A stretch of 62,648 nucleotides of DNA. It comes from Paraglomus brasilianum. Lineage: Eukaryota. Position 1 is the first letter of the stretch, and every line of letters starts with the position of its first letter. A program made the position numbers and the translations under genes. The stretch spans positions 1 to 62,648 of the forward strand of contig CAJVPI010000063.1 of the NCBI GenBank assembly GCA_910592345.1, read 5' to 3'. Below, piece after piece: positions 12,246 to 24,597 of this stretch. The notes below the pieces were generated by a model. The model had not been told where the DNA came from. It was given only the letters and a program-made list of their open reading frames with translations, and searched no databases.

Positions 12246-14878
12246 GTATCCAAGTTTAGGACCGAGGACATTGAAGATCACCTGTAATAAGTAGACATTG
12301 ATTAACCATGAGAAAGCCGTAGAAACATGCCGAGTTGGGGAAAAAGCAACGGAATGACGCTTGAGCACCTTAATAGTTTATGTAACTCTTGGCATATCTC
12401 TCGTCTCGGATAATGAATTGACTGACAAAATAGTAATACTTTTGTGCAAAATAAATTCCGAAATAAATACTGTGGCGTTCATTATGATAATATCACCCAT
12501 ATCAGAACCGCAAAATTTTCCATAACTTCACATCAGAGACAACAATAACAATAGCAATATTCTTAATCGGAAACAATCAAAATCAATTTGTCCTTTACCC
12601 AATGTTTCTTCTTCAAGTTCTTCTTCTCTTCCTGTTGCCGTTTGCTAGATAATTGGATATTGGTAATTTTTACTTTCCGACCAACTTTTTTTTTTTTTTT
12701 TTTTTCATATTTAGAGCCTTGCCAAAGCTGTTGCATCCTGAAATAAACTCGATTTTTCTTGTTGTTGGTCCATTTTTGTTGGCCTTAAGACACCAACTAG
12801 TGCTTTACGGGTCCCATATATGACTGAGAATGCGACCATGCAGGAAGTGGAATAGGATCGTAACAAGCGAAGAGATGAAAGGACCACACTAGTACGAGGC
12901 GTCAGCCTGATCAGATTTCTAGTGGCGATGAAATGCGATAAATGTTAGTATATTGTTAAGATCCAAAGCGTAATTGTTATTGTTATTGTTGTATCAGTGT
13001 GACTACTTTGGGGGGGAAAAGGCTGGCGCACATTATTTATTGGCGATCATTTACTTGTGACGTCATGTCTTTTCACTGCGCCATCGCGTTCATAGTGGAC
13101 TTTACTATTGTTTGCTGCTATCGTCTTATTTTTTTGGGGGAGAGTTTTTCTCATAATAATTGATTGCTCTCTTCTAACATAGCAATAACTTCTCAATTAA
13201 TTCATAATTTCAATATATCATATTAGCATATTTAGGAGTTATTATTATATGATGTCCAATTGTAAAGTGCACATTTTCGGACTAGCTGTATCGACAATTG
13301 TTATTCTAATTGTATAAGTACACAAGACTGTTAACAGAAAATACAGAAGCTATACAATTGCGTATTACTGTATGTCGCGAGATTGATAATAATCGTCATT
13401 ATACTGAGTCATCTTATTTGGGATTATTATTATTATATCACGAGTGATTATTAACATCACTGATGTGTTTTACTCAAAAGAATCTATACTTGTTGGTTGT
13501 CTGAATATAAATTAAGCAAGCAAGATGTAATAATAATAATACTGGCGACTATTAAATTGTTGGTTAGACAATCGTATCAGTGATGCAGATGGTTTAATTG
13601 CGTGGCTTATCGGACTTTTTAACCAGTGAAAAATATTTTTCTGTGTGTTTTTACGCTGATTCTATTGTTCTTATTTACGGAAACAATCGTGACAGTCGCA
13701 ATATAATTAATGATGTCTTATACGAAGCAATATATTGATAACGACATTTATACTTATAAGGTTATATTCAAGTACCAATATATGTTATCTTCCCATCTAA
13801 CACGCAAACACGCGTCTACTCACACATATATACCCAGACCTTCTCTCCATTGCACATGTATCGCCTCACAACAACCTCTCCTCCTCCAAAGCGCAAATAC
13901 AATGTTATCGAAAAGTTAATATACAACGAACAATGCCTTTACTGCTACTTCATATCCCGCACATACGACACTTTGCTCACGAACAAGTATTCATAACGAT
14001 ACGGTTTATCAACCACGTAACCGATACACATATATATCCAAACGCTACTCTCCATTACACAATGTTATCTAAAAGTTGAACATACAAATTTTTGCCGCCA
14101 CTCAAAGCGGTGCGGAGGAAATAAAGAAAGGAATTAGCTCGAGAATAGACGTAATTTGGTGATAGGTAGATGGATGGATAAATAATCGTTCACTAGCAGA
14201 CTATTGCTTTTTACGGAGCACTCTTCAGATATATCTTTTTTTTTACACAGCTTTTAGATGACGGGTAGAGATTTTGGGTAGTAGGTATCGCATTGCTTTA
14301 CGTATATAAACCAACTCTATTTTTTTTTTTATCTTTTTCTTTCTCTCCCCCTTTTTCTCTACACTGACGGTTCGCTGCGAACGGATCCAATGGGACACTT
14401 GGTGGAGTGGAGCGAGTTTGGGGGTGCTTACTTAATAATACTCAATACAAAGACGTTGAAAAATGCGTGATTTCTTAGCTGCTTGTGAAGGATCTGTCCC
14501 TAAAGCTGGTAGAGATGGAAGGTGAGTTTGCTGCTTGGCATGCCGGTTTGGAAGCAATAGTTATTCGATTGTTTATCAACCATGTAATATTAACATTAAT
14601 TGATATTAAGAGCAATAGTAGTAATAATACATTTTATAATATTAATTAATAAAACAAAAATTATAATAGAGAATAAGAAAAGAAAAAAGCGATTAAGACA
14701 AAAAAAGTTGAAAGTATTATTGCTTTACAGACATAATCGTAATACAGAGAAATGACTTGTAATTAAATTCAACTTGCACTTAAAAATGTATTGAATTTAG
14801 CAGTCTCTTGTTTGTTAAAAGCTAAGCACGACGCTATCTCTAGACACTGTTTATTTCGACTCTACTTTTCTAACTTAC

Positions 14879-15590
14879 ATGGAAGGCTAATTACGTTAAT
14901 ATATTCTGCTATCGATGAGCTTAACGTATAATTACCAGCCTAAACAGTCGTTCTTGCTTGACACATTATGCCTACGCAAAGTTCTGACTTTACTATTAGA
15001 CGGTAGATTAATAAGTTTGAAAGTGGAGAAGAAAATATTGAAGAAAAACCACGTTCAGGAAGGCCTAATGAAGCTGTAAGTCAAAGAAATATTGATTTAA
15101 TTGAAGAAGCTGTCAATGAAAACCCTTATGTATTGCTATAATAGTGGTTCTAGAGGGCAAACCTGTGAATGGAGAATTCTATGGCCAAATGGTTTTAAAA
15201 AATGGGAAATAGAAAAACAGTGCAAAATGTCATGATAATGCACTGCCACATAAGCATAAGTTAGTCAATAGGCTGTTACAACAGGAGCAAGTAAAACTGC
15301 TTCCTTATAGTCCGGATTTGTCCCTGTGACTTTTTCTTATTTCCAAGACTAAAAAAAGAGCTGCAGAAAGGAGTTCTAATGAGGTAAATAGTCTTGCACG
15401 TGGTGTTCAGGCAGTGGTTGACAGCATCCCAAAAGAGAACTATTACAAATCCTTTGGAAGAGACGGCTAAAAATTTGTATCGAGGTTCAAAGAAACTATT
15501 ATGAAGGACTTGTGTGATTTATTTGTAAATTATTATGTACATTTTTGAATAAATATTAGACGATCAAAACTTTTCGATTGAACGGCCTAG
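14879..15590 (+). mobile_element. Internally deleted mariner (DD34D) transposase remnant with a putative right TIR
   Basis: KFESGEENIEEKPRSGRP, HDNA, PYSPDL.PCDFFLFPRLKKEL, C-terminal CIEVQRNYYEG*; many stops and frameshifts. Confidence 0.75.
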
Positions 15591-15696
15591 ATTGTCTTAA
15601 TGTTCCACCCCCTTGTTCTATAAAACAAATAAAAATTAATAGTGTACCTTTTACCAATCTATTGATGCTGACTTGTAAAATACCTTTGAAGTAGAA

Positions 15697-16002
15697 CTAT
15701 CCTCCACTATACTCCATTTCTTCCTCTTCCTCTTCTTCGCTCGACAATAACTCGAGCAAGTCATCCAACGTCTGCATAATACGCTGGAGCCTCAACTCGA
15801 GGGTCTCCTGCGTGTGCCTCGGCCGTCGCGGGTTTTGGAGCCTCTCCGCAAACTCGCACGTAATACTGGTACGCCTGCAATTATCGCAGGGCTTAATTCC
15901 CGTGCACTTGATTTTTTTCTTTTGGCATGATATGCATACCATGAGCGCTTTGCTTTTTCGTGCGGGATATGGGGTCGACGTGTTTGGAGTGTTAGAGGAC
16001 AT
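15697..16002 (-). CDS. Small Zn2Cys6 (GAL4-type) transcription factor, copy 1
   Basis: CISCQKKKIKCTGIKPCDNCRRTSITC, then LELRLQRI dimerisation helix and acidic tail. Confidence 0.8.
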   Translation of the reverse strand: MSSNTPNTSTPYPARKSKALMVCISCQKKKIKCTGIKPCDNCRRTSITCEFAERLQNPRRPRHTQETLELRLQRIMQTLDDLLELLSSEEEEEEEMEYSGG

Positions 16003-16174
16003 GTTGATTTTTTTTGTTTGTTTTAATTCACGCCCGTCCTTTTTATGCACATGCGTCGGTAAGGCAAATGATAAAATTAGCGTAACAACCCATTGATAAA
16101 TAGAAAATACGCAAGAAAAGCCCTTTTTTTAGAATGGACGGTATAACTAGGAGGAAAGAAAATATTTTTGATAC

Positions 16175-17535
16175 GAGAGCACAAATTTTAAGTTTGTTGA
16201 TTCCGTGCGGTGGAAACCGAAAGTTTATGAAATGATTGGTGCGTCCAAAAATTGGGGGCTGCCGTACAAAAGCCCGGTTCCAGAATTTTTGATCAAAATA
16301 GAAAACTTGGATATTTTTACGCGATTACCGATAACTGAACAAAGAATTCGTCTTTCTATTGTTCCTGGCTAGTATTGAGAGCACATAACGTTACATTTGA
16401 GCAGCCTTTTATCAAATATACTGCTGAAAGAATATTTGATTTATGAATTCAATTTGCCCTGTATAATGAACATGTAAATATAAAAGCATTCAATCGTTTT
16501 CTAAGTGGTTATAGTTAAGTTTATGATTACTTTAATAATTATAATATTAACAGAAGTGTGGCATATTGTTTCTATCTTTTAGCTACAGAGTTTTATGAGT
16601 AATAATAGACTTTGAGAATGCAATATATTTTTTCGTTCAGGTGTTGTAGAATCAACTTAGGTGTTAATAATAAACAACTAACAACAAATGCTACAAATTG
16701 TACATAAAACAAATTGTGAGTTAATGCTTATTCATATTATTACTATCTATAGAAACAAAAAAGTGGCCATAACCGAAGCTTGTCTATTAATTTGTTCTAT
16801 GTCATTGTATAATAACTCTTTATCTATTTTCTGTCCTAGAATATGTGTAGTAAGCAAATATTGCATAACAGCAATGACAAACAGCAAAATTACTGCGATT
16901 GTTTTTTGTATATTGCAACAAATTAGTGTATGAGTGTGAATTTTTAGAATCGGACGGTAGACTAACTCGGAGAAAGATATGAGAGCACAAATTTTAAGTT
17001 TGTTGATTCCGTGTGGCTGTTCTGTTTGAGAACCGAAATGATTGGGCATCCAAAATTTGGGGCTGGCGTACAAAAGCCTGGTTCCAGAATTTTTGAAACC
17101 ATTTTCATGTTAAATAATGTTGCCGATAACTGAACAAAGAATTCGTCTTTCTATTATTTCCGACTAGTATTGAGAGCACATAACGTTACATTTGATTCAG
17201 CCTTTTATCAAAATATACTACAGAAAGAATATTTGATTCCCTGTAATAATGAACACGTAAATGTAAAGGCATTTCTAATTGGTTATAATTAAGCTTGTGA
17301 TTGCTTTATTAATTAAAAATAAACGACAGGATGTGTGGCATAGCCATGACCGAAGCTGTCTATTAATTTGTTCTATCATTCAATTAGTGTTTAATGTGTC
17401 TAACGTTAATTTCAATAAATTTCTTTGTATAATAACTCTTTATCTAATTTCTGTCCTAGAAAGTGTGTAGTAAGTAAATGTCGCATAACAACAATGACAA
17501 CCAGCAAAATGACTAATTATTTTTGTATATTGTAA
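16175..17535. repeat. Internal diverged tandem duplication (units starting about 806 bp apart) upstream of the Zn2Cys6 gene
   Basis: gagagcacaaattttaagtttgttgattccgtg at 16175 and 16981; ccgataactgaacaaagaattcgtctttctatt occurs twice. The same pair recurs in copy 2 (22407 and 23213). Confidence 0.9.
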
Positions 17536-18829
17536 CGCATCTTCACGGATAATTCAATTTCGCCGAGCTCGACATACTACTACACCTTACACGCTTGGAA
17601 ATAAGACTTTGCATCTAACCCTCAAAATAAATGATCGACACTTATGAGCAAGTAATAGAAACATTTGTATTAAAATAAGAGACGGAGAATGTGCGAATTG
17701 TGCCACTCAACCATTAATGAACGAAAACGTATAGTGTTATAGGCGCCTGTTGATATCGAAGAAAAATGTTGATACAACACGAAGGCGTGACTAGTTAATT
17801 ATCTTGGAGATGTTCGATCACGGTTAATACACGTGACTTTATTAAATTATTAAACGAAATGGCTCATGGCAAATATTAAAACGAGATCCTGTTTGTTCTT
17901 GGGCTCGACTACTTGGGGAGGAGTTTTTTATTATGACATCGAAAATACGTAGTAACTGCGTAGGATAACACCTACTTGTCCAGAGGACAGCTGACGAAGA
18001 GGGGACGAGAACTTACAAAAATAAAAGAATAATGATTTCGCATGTTTCATATTGAATAACGGTTTTGCTAAAACCGAGGGTGTGATCGGTTAATTAACCG
18101 AATACTCTGGTTAATCACAAAAACGCGTATTCTTCGATTCAATCATTACATTACATTCATACTCACATCATTTCCTCCAATCTTTCCCAATCTTTACGTA
18201 AACCCTTTTTAACTTGTAATCACAGGCATGTGAGGGAAACTCGCAGCTCAGTTCATAAATCGTCTTCAACAAATTCATATAACGAACTATCCTTCATATG
18301 ACTTTCCGCACCCGGTTGGCCTGATGTCATTGCAATGAAAATGTTGCCGCCTCGGAGAATGCTATGAATACTTGATGACTAAATGACTAAGTAATGGTTT
18401 GAGTCAGAAATTACTTTCATCGTCCTTAGCGTGTTACCTCTGCTTATTCTTTCCTTGAATGATACATCTCCTTTCATCGGGACAAAGGCTTGGATTGCCA
18501 TGCGGGTTTCTGGTCTCGGTCTCCCGATGTTACCTTATAGCCTCGCTTTTGTTCTTCTCTTCCTTCCGTCAATCCTTTCGATATTCTATCTGACTTGTTT
18601 TCAAAATAATACACATATTTTTGCTTTCTTACTCTTTCCACTCTTCTCTAATACCACCCACTCACATCACATAAACTTTCACTTAAAAAAAAAACCAACA
18701 TTTTTCCTTGTTCTCTTCACCGACGAAAACAAAAAGTCTCACTTTTCGTAAATTTTAATGTCGTTGTTAGATACGAAAACAATAATCTTAAGTTTTTTTG
18801 AAATTAAGTTTCATTGTCTTGATGATAAT

Positions 18830-20989
18830 TTATCGAAACACGTCCGTATTACGGAAGCTAGAATTATCTTTCATTGCATCAGTATGTGATTTGTATTCCA
18901 TAATTGTATCTGGAGGTAAATTTAGAACACGTTTCATAGTGTCTCTGTTTGCGGATAGAAATAAACGTGTTTAGAAGATTGAGGACAATCGGAAGCCGGT
19001 TAGAAAAAATGGAATTGTGAATTACCTTATCTTTAAATTAATTCGTCCTTCTCGAGCAGACTGATTCCACAAAGATAGAATATCTTCTGAACTGCGAATT
19101 GACAGAACTGCCCCGCAGATTTCTGTTCCTACGTCGAATTGGTCGCCAATAACTGCCATTACCTGTGAGAAAGAAGAGGGTGTGGGAATGATATGGAATG
19201 AGAGAATGTCAAAGAGATCGTAGCAAATTACATAAAAATATAAAAAAGCAAGATGTCTTCTTTTTGTGAATCGAGTACAAACCAGACTTTCCCAGTATCG
19301 ACTGGCTAAACCCTTCCGTAGTCTGACAATCCACTTGCCACCATTAATGTTTGTAACATCCTACACGAATAAAAATGTATCAATATGCGGCCAAGACCAA
19401 CTCTACCATTCCCTTCTCGTCAACGTCAATATTTCTTTCCGTACCTCCCATACAGGTCTTACGCCCTGTTTGAAGAGATGATAATCACTAATGTTTGGCA
19501 ACCCGTGGGGTCGCCGAAGATGACTATAAACTGCCCAGAAGTCTTCTATCTATAAAGAAAGAAAGGTGTCGAATGAGATAAAGCCATATATAATATAATT
19601 GAGGTAAGTGTTCAAGACGTGTTTGATTTGTGCGAAAAAAAAAAAGTATTTGCGGACTTTATGATGGCACCTACATTAGCACTACAGGATAGAGCACAAC
19701 TATACAATAAAGTGCTTCATCATTTTTTCACACTAAAATGACATAATTTTTAAAAACAAACATCTCGTCTTTCGGACTTTCCCACTTCCCCAAGAATACG
19801 CTTATCTATCTTTTATATTGCCCACATTTTCCTTTTTTCAATTTTTTTTTTCTTTTTTTTTTCATATTACCCCCTTTTTCTCCCACTAATTTACCACATC
19901 CAGTACAAACTCAACTCATTCTTAATAACAAATCACAAATTCTCCGTACCGAAGAAAACGCAGCAATCTTCTTCATGCTCTGCTCATAATTCGTAATTTT
20001 ACTCCCAGGCGCACGATGCATGAACCAAAAAACCCAGGTGAAATGCAGTGGATGGATCTCACTAGTCGGACTCGGTATATACTGCTGTCTACTTAATGCA
20101 ACGACACCATTACTTCCATTAATTGTTCCGTCTTTCCTTAAACCTTCCCTACTTCCAATCCCCACCCCCATCGCCGTTCCAATGTTTCCTATCCCTCCCA
20201 CACTAGCTCCAGATTCTTTTTTATCTTTCTCTTTGCTCTCCTCCACAATGCTCCCACGACTTTTGGAGAGATAGCCAGAGGCAGAAGCTACAAGAGGCGT
20301 CGTTGGTGAAAGGAGGACCGAAGATATCGAGGATGTGCCATTGGGAGAGGAGGTGCGTTGGAGTTGGATGAGTTTGGTGGATGTCGCCGAAGACGAGGAA
20401 GTGGATGATGAATTGGATGAGGTAGATGAGGACATGGTGGATGTGGGATGGGTTAAAGATGTGAAGTGCTCGGGTGTTGCAACGCTTGAACGATTGCTGG
20501 TGTCGGCGATTTGTTTTCGTATATTGATAGGTGTAGGCAGATAGAGAAAGAGAGGGAGAGGGGAGAGGAGAGAGGAGAAAAGATATGAGTAAGTATGAGT
20601 GACAAGTCGTAAATATTGGGTGATCGTGTGGAGTGGGTGTTGGATATTAATGCGGTTTGGTTTCACACAATTACCGATCTCGCATACGAATTACCTTCGA
20701 ATCCATTCATACACCTTTTCCCTACAACTCTTCTCCCTCTATACTTCTATACCTTTCCCTCAGTACTACCTTCCGCCTTCGCCGTCTTCAGTTTTTCATT
20801 GCACTACCTTACCTATACGCTCACACTTTTTCTCCCCCAGACAAATTTCGCTAACAAGATTCCTAATTGCAATCTTACCATTTTCAATCAAACCCCAGTG
20901 CCGACCTCCTCTTTGTTTTTTTCTCTCTCTCACCCACTATTAGCTTCTCTACCTATGTCTCACCTGCGCTTTGCCCAGACAGAGTCCAT
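18830..20989 (-). CDS. Class II cap-binding protein eIF4E2/4EHP-like (6 exons)
   Basis: HPLHFTWVFWF, NYEQSMKKI, IEDFWAVYSHL, DYHLFKQGVRPVWED, GGKWIVRLRKGLASRYWE, ICGAVLSIR, EYKSHTD. First micro-exon MDSVWAKR inferred. Confidence 0.9.
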
Positions 20990-21784
20990 TACGTTGTTTT
21001 GTGATGATAGTTTTCTATATTTGCGAGTTACAACGGGTAGCAGATTAAGTAATAAAAATGTTTAGATGTAATATGAAAAATGGATATTTGAGAGCGAATA
21101 CTAAGATTTGAGTAGTGAAATGAAAATAGCTGAAATGTTTTAGAACGAAAGGGGAGATGCGTTTTTAAAAAGTGATCTATGTCGATGAATATGATGTCAA
21201 AATTTGTATTAGAGTATAAGTTATCAGGTGAAACAAGGAGCGGGGAACTAGATGGAATTATTGAGTAGTAATATGCGTATAAGAGTAGTATAGTGCACTA
21301 TATGGGTAGTAGGTAGCTAAAGGCCTGGAAAAAAAAGGGTACTGAATGCAAAAAGAGAAAAACCGTCATTGAAGTGGGTTAAAATATGATTGGACAATAA
21401 CGATTTCGTGACATAACTTTGTTACACGTATTGAAGAATGCTATCCAAGAAAGAGTTACTGCTATTATTGCTATTATTGCGCCCACAGTTTTTTGCATAT
21501 TAATATGTAAATTACCGGTAATTGAAACGTGACTTTATGATAAATTATGCACATATTATATTTATTGCTCTTTGTATCTTTTGTATCTAAACATACTTGG
21601 ACCCTTTAAGAAACACCCCCTTTTTGCAGTAGAAATTAAATTAACATAGATAACCACGTGCGTATTACGCGTATGAACCTTTACTCATTTCTACTTGTAT
21701 GCGCAACAACTGTCGTGTTGTTTAAGATTAACATTACAGTGCAGAAAACTAAATAATGACAATGCCCTATATCCCTTCCCCTAC

Positions 21785-22231
21785 TCATACTGACAACTGC
21801 CCCCAGCACTCTCCCAGGGCTTCTCTTCGGAGGGTCCCCCTCCGAGCTGGTGACATATGCAGCCTGGTTCTATAAAATAAATAAAAATTAATAGTGTATC
21901 TTTTACCAATTTTATTGATGCTGACTTGTAAAATACCTTCGGAAGTAGAAATTTCTTCCTCTTCCTCTTCGCTCGATAATGACTCGAGCAAGTCATTTAT
22001 CGTCTGTGTGATGTGCTGGAGCCTTAACTCAAGGGTCTCCTGCGTGTGCCTTGGCCGTCGCGGTTTTTGGGGCCTCTTCGCGAACTCGCACGTGCTACGG
22101 GTACGCCTGCAATTATCGCAGGGCTTAATTCCCGTGCACTTTGTTTTTCTCTTCTGGCATGATACGCATGCCATGGGCACTTTGCTTCTTTGATATGGGG
22201 TCGAAGTATCTCTTGGAGTGTTAGAGGACAT
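21785..22231 (-). CDS. Small Zn2Cys6 transcription factor, copy 2 (3' end uncertain; probable intron at 21870-21925)
   Basis: CVSCQKRKTKCTGIKPCDNCRRTRSTC, then LELRLQHI helix and acidic tail. Confidence 0.8.
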   Translation of the reverse strand: MSSNTPRDTSTPYQRSKVPMACVSCQKRKTKCTGIKPCDNCRRTRSTCEFAKRPQKPRRPRHTQETLELRLQHITQTINDLLESLSSEEEEEEISTSEGILQVSINKIGKRYTINFYLFYRTRLHMSPARRGTLRREALGECWGQLSV

Positions 22232-24586
22232 GTTGAATTTTTTTTTTGTTTGTTTTAATTCACGCCCGTCCTTTTTATGCACATGCGTCGGTAAGGCAAA
22301 TGATAAAATTAGCGTAACAACCCATTGATAAATAGAAAATACGCAAGAAAAGCCCTTTTTTTAGAATGGACGGTATAACTAGGAGGAAAGAAAATATTTT
22401 TGATACGAGAGCACAAATTTTAAGTTTGTTGATTCCGTGCGGTGGAAACCGAAAGTTTATGAAATGATTGGTGCGTCCAAAAATTGGGGGCTGCCGTACA
22501 AAAGCCCGGTTCCAGAATTTTTGATCAAAATAGAAAACTTGGATATTTTTACGCGATTACCGATAACTGAACAAAGAATTCGTCTTTCTATTGTTCCTGG
22601 CTAGTATTGAGAGCACATAACGTTACATTTGAGCAGCCTTTTATCAAATATACTGCTGAAAGAATATTTGATTTATGAATTCAATTTGCCCTGTATAATG
22701 AACATGTAAATATAAAAGCATTCAATCGTTTTCTAAGTGGTTATAGTTAAGTTTATGATTACTTTAATAATTATAATATTAACAGAAGTGTGGCATATTG
22801 TTTCTATCTTTTAGCTACAGAGTTTTATGAGTAATAATAGACTTTGAGAATGCAATATATTTTTTCGTTCAGGTGTTGTAGAATCAACTTAGGTGTTAAT
22901 AATAAACAACTAACAACAAATGCTACAAATTGTACATAAAACAAATTGTGAGTTAATGCTTATTCATATTATTACTATCTATAGAAACAAAAAAGTGGCC
23001 ATAACCGAAGCTTGTCTATTAATTTGTTCTATGTCATTGTATAATAACTCTTTATCTATTTTCTGTCCTAGAATATGTGTAGTAAGCAAATATTGCATAA
23101 CAGCAATGACAAACAGCAAAATTACTGCGATTGTTTTTTGTATATTGCAACAAATTAGTGTATGAGTGTGAATTTTTAGAATCGGACGGTAGACTAACTC
23201 GGAGAAAGATATGAGAGCACAAATTTTAAGTTTGTTGATTCCGTGTGGCTGTTCTGTTTGAGAACCGAAATGATTGGGCATCCAAAATTTGGGGCTGGCG
23301 TACAAAAGCCTGGTTCCAGAATTTTTGAAACCATTTTCATGTTAAATAATGTTGCCGATAACTGAACAAAGAATTCGTCTTTCTATTATTTCCGACTAGT
23401 ATTGAGAGCACATAACGTTACATTTGATTCAGCCTTTTATCAAAATATACTACAGAAAGAATATTTGATTTCCCTGTAATAATGAACACGTAAATATAAA
23501 GGCATTTCTAATTGGTTATAATTAAGCTTGCGATTGCTTTATTATTAAAATATTGGCACAAGAATGACAGGACGTGTATATTAATATTGTTTCTACCTTT
23601 TAGCTACGGAGTTATTAATAGAAATTGTGAGTTGATGTTCATTCATATTATTACTATCTATAGAGTCAAAAGGTCAACTTCCGATACCTGTACAATGTGA
23701 GTTTACCATAGCCATGACCGAAGCTTGTCTATTAATTTGTTCTATCATTCAATTAGTGTTTAATGTGTCTAACGTTAATTTCAATAATTTTCTTTGTATA
23801 ATAACTCTTTATCTAATTTCTGTCCTAGAAGGTGTGTAGTAAGTAAATATCGCATAACAGCAATGACAACCAGCAAAATTACTGCAATTGTTTTTGTATA
23901 TTGTAACATGCCACACCTTACACGCTTGGAAATAAGACTTTGCATCTAACCCTCAAAACAAACGGTCGACACTTATGAGCAAGTAATAGATGGCTAATTG
24001 AAACATTTGTACTAAAATAGGAGACGGAATTGTGCCACTCAACCATTAATGAACGAAAACGTATAGTGTTATAGGTGCCTGTTGAAAAAATGTCGATACA
24101 AAACGACTTGCGGAATTGATGATGAGTAATTAATTGACGAGTCGAGATGTTCGATCACGTGATTTTACTATACTCGCAAAGGAAATGTTCAGTTCATTCA
24201 ACCGCTAATTAGCTATGAACTATTTATTATTAAAACGAAATGGCTCATGGCAAATATTAATATTAAAACGAGATCCTGTTTTTCTTGGGCTCTGGAGGAG
24301 TTTTTTATTATGACATCGAAAATAGTAACTGCGTAGGATAACACCTACTTGTGAGCTGACGAAGAGAGGATGAGAATTTACAAAAAGAAAAAAGAATAAT
24401 GATCTCGCATGTTTCATATTGAATAACGGTTTTGCTAAAACTGAGGGTGTGATCGGTTAATTAACCGAATACTCTGTCTGTTAATCACAAAAACACGTGT
24501 TCTTCAATTCAATCATTACATTACATTCATACTCACATCATTTCCGCCAATCTTTCCAATCTTTACGTATACCCTTTTCAACTTGC
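21867..24586. repeat. Direct segmental duplication, copy 2
   Basis: Matches 15614-18217 from gttctataaaa to ...cccttttcaacttg. Confidence 0.95.
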
Positions 24587-24597
24587 TGAGACACACC

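Larger units (their letters stand above)
15614..18217. repeat. Direct segmental duplication, copy 1 (about 2.6 kb)
   Basis: Colinear with 21867-24586; the central about 1.2 kb appears identical at offset 6232 (ORFs 16688/22920 and 16747/22979 translate identically). Confidence 0.95.

Noticed and set aside
13820..14090. Two diverged copies of a 60-100 bp motif (acatatat..ctctccatt..caatgttatc.aaaagtt)
   Set aside because: Short, degenerate local duplication with no evident function.
14360..14560. GC-richer island with a small hairpin (gttcgctgcgaac), considered as ncRNA
   Set aside because: No tRNA, snRNA or snoRNA signature could be supported.
16688..17073. ORFs duplicated identically at 22920-23305
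   Set aside because: Identity reflects the DNA duplication; low-complexity AT-rich translations with no motifs.
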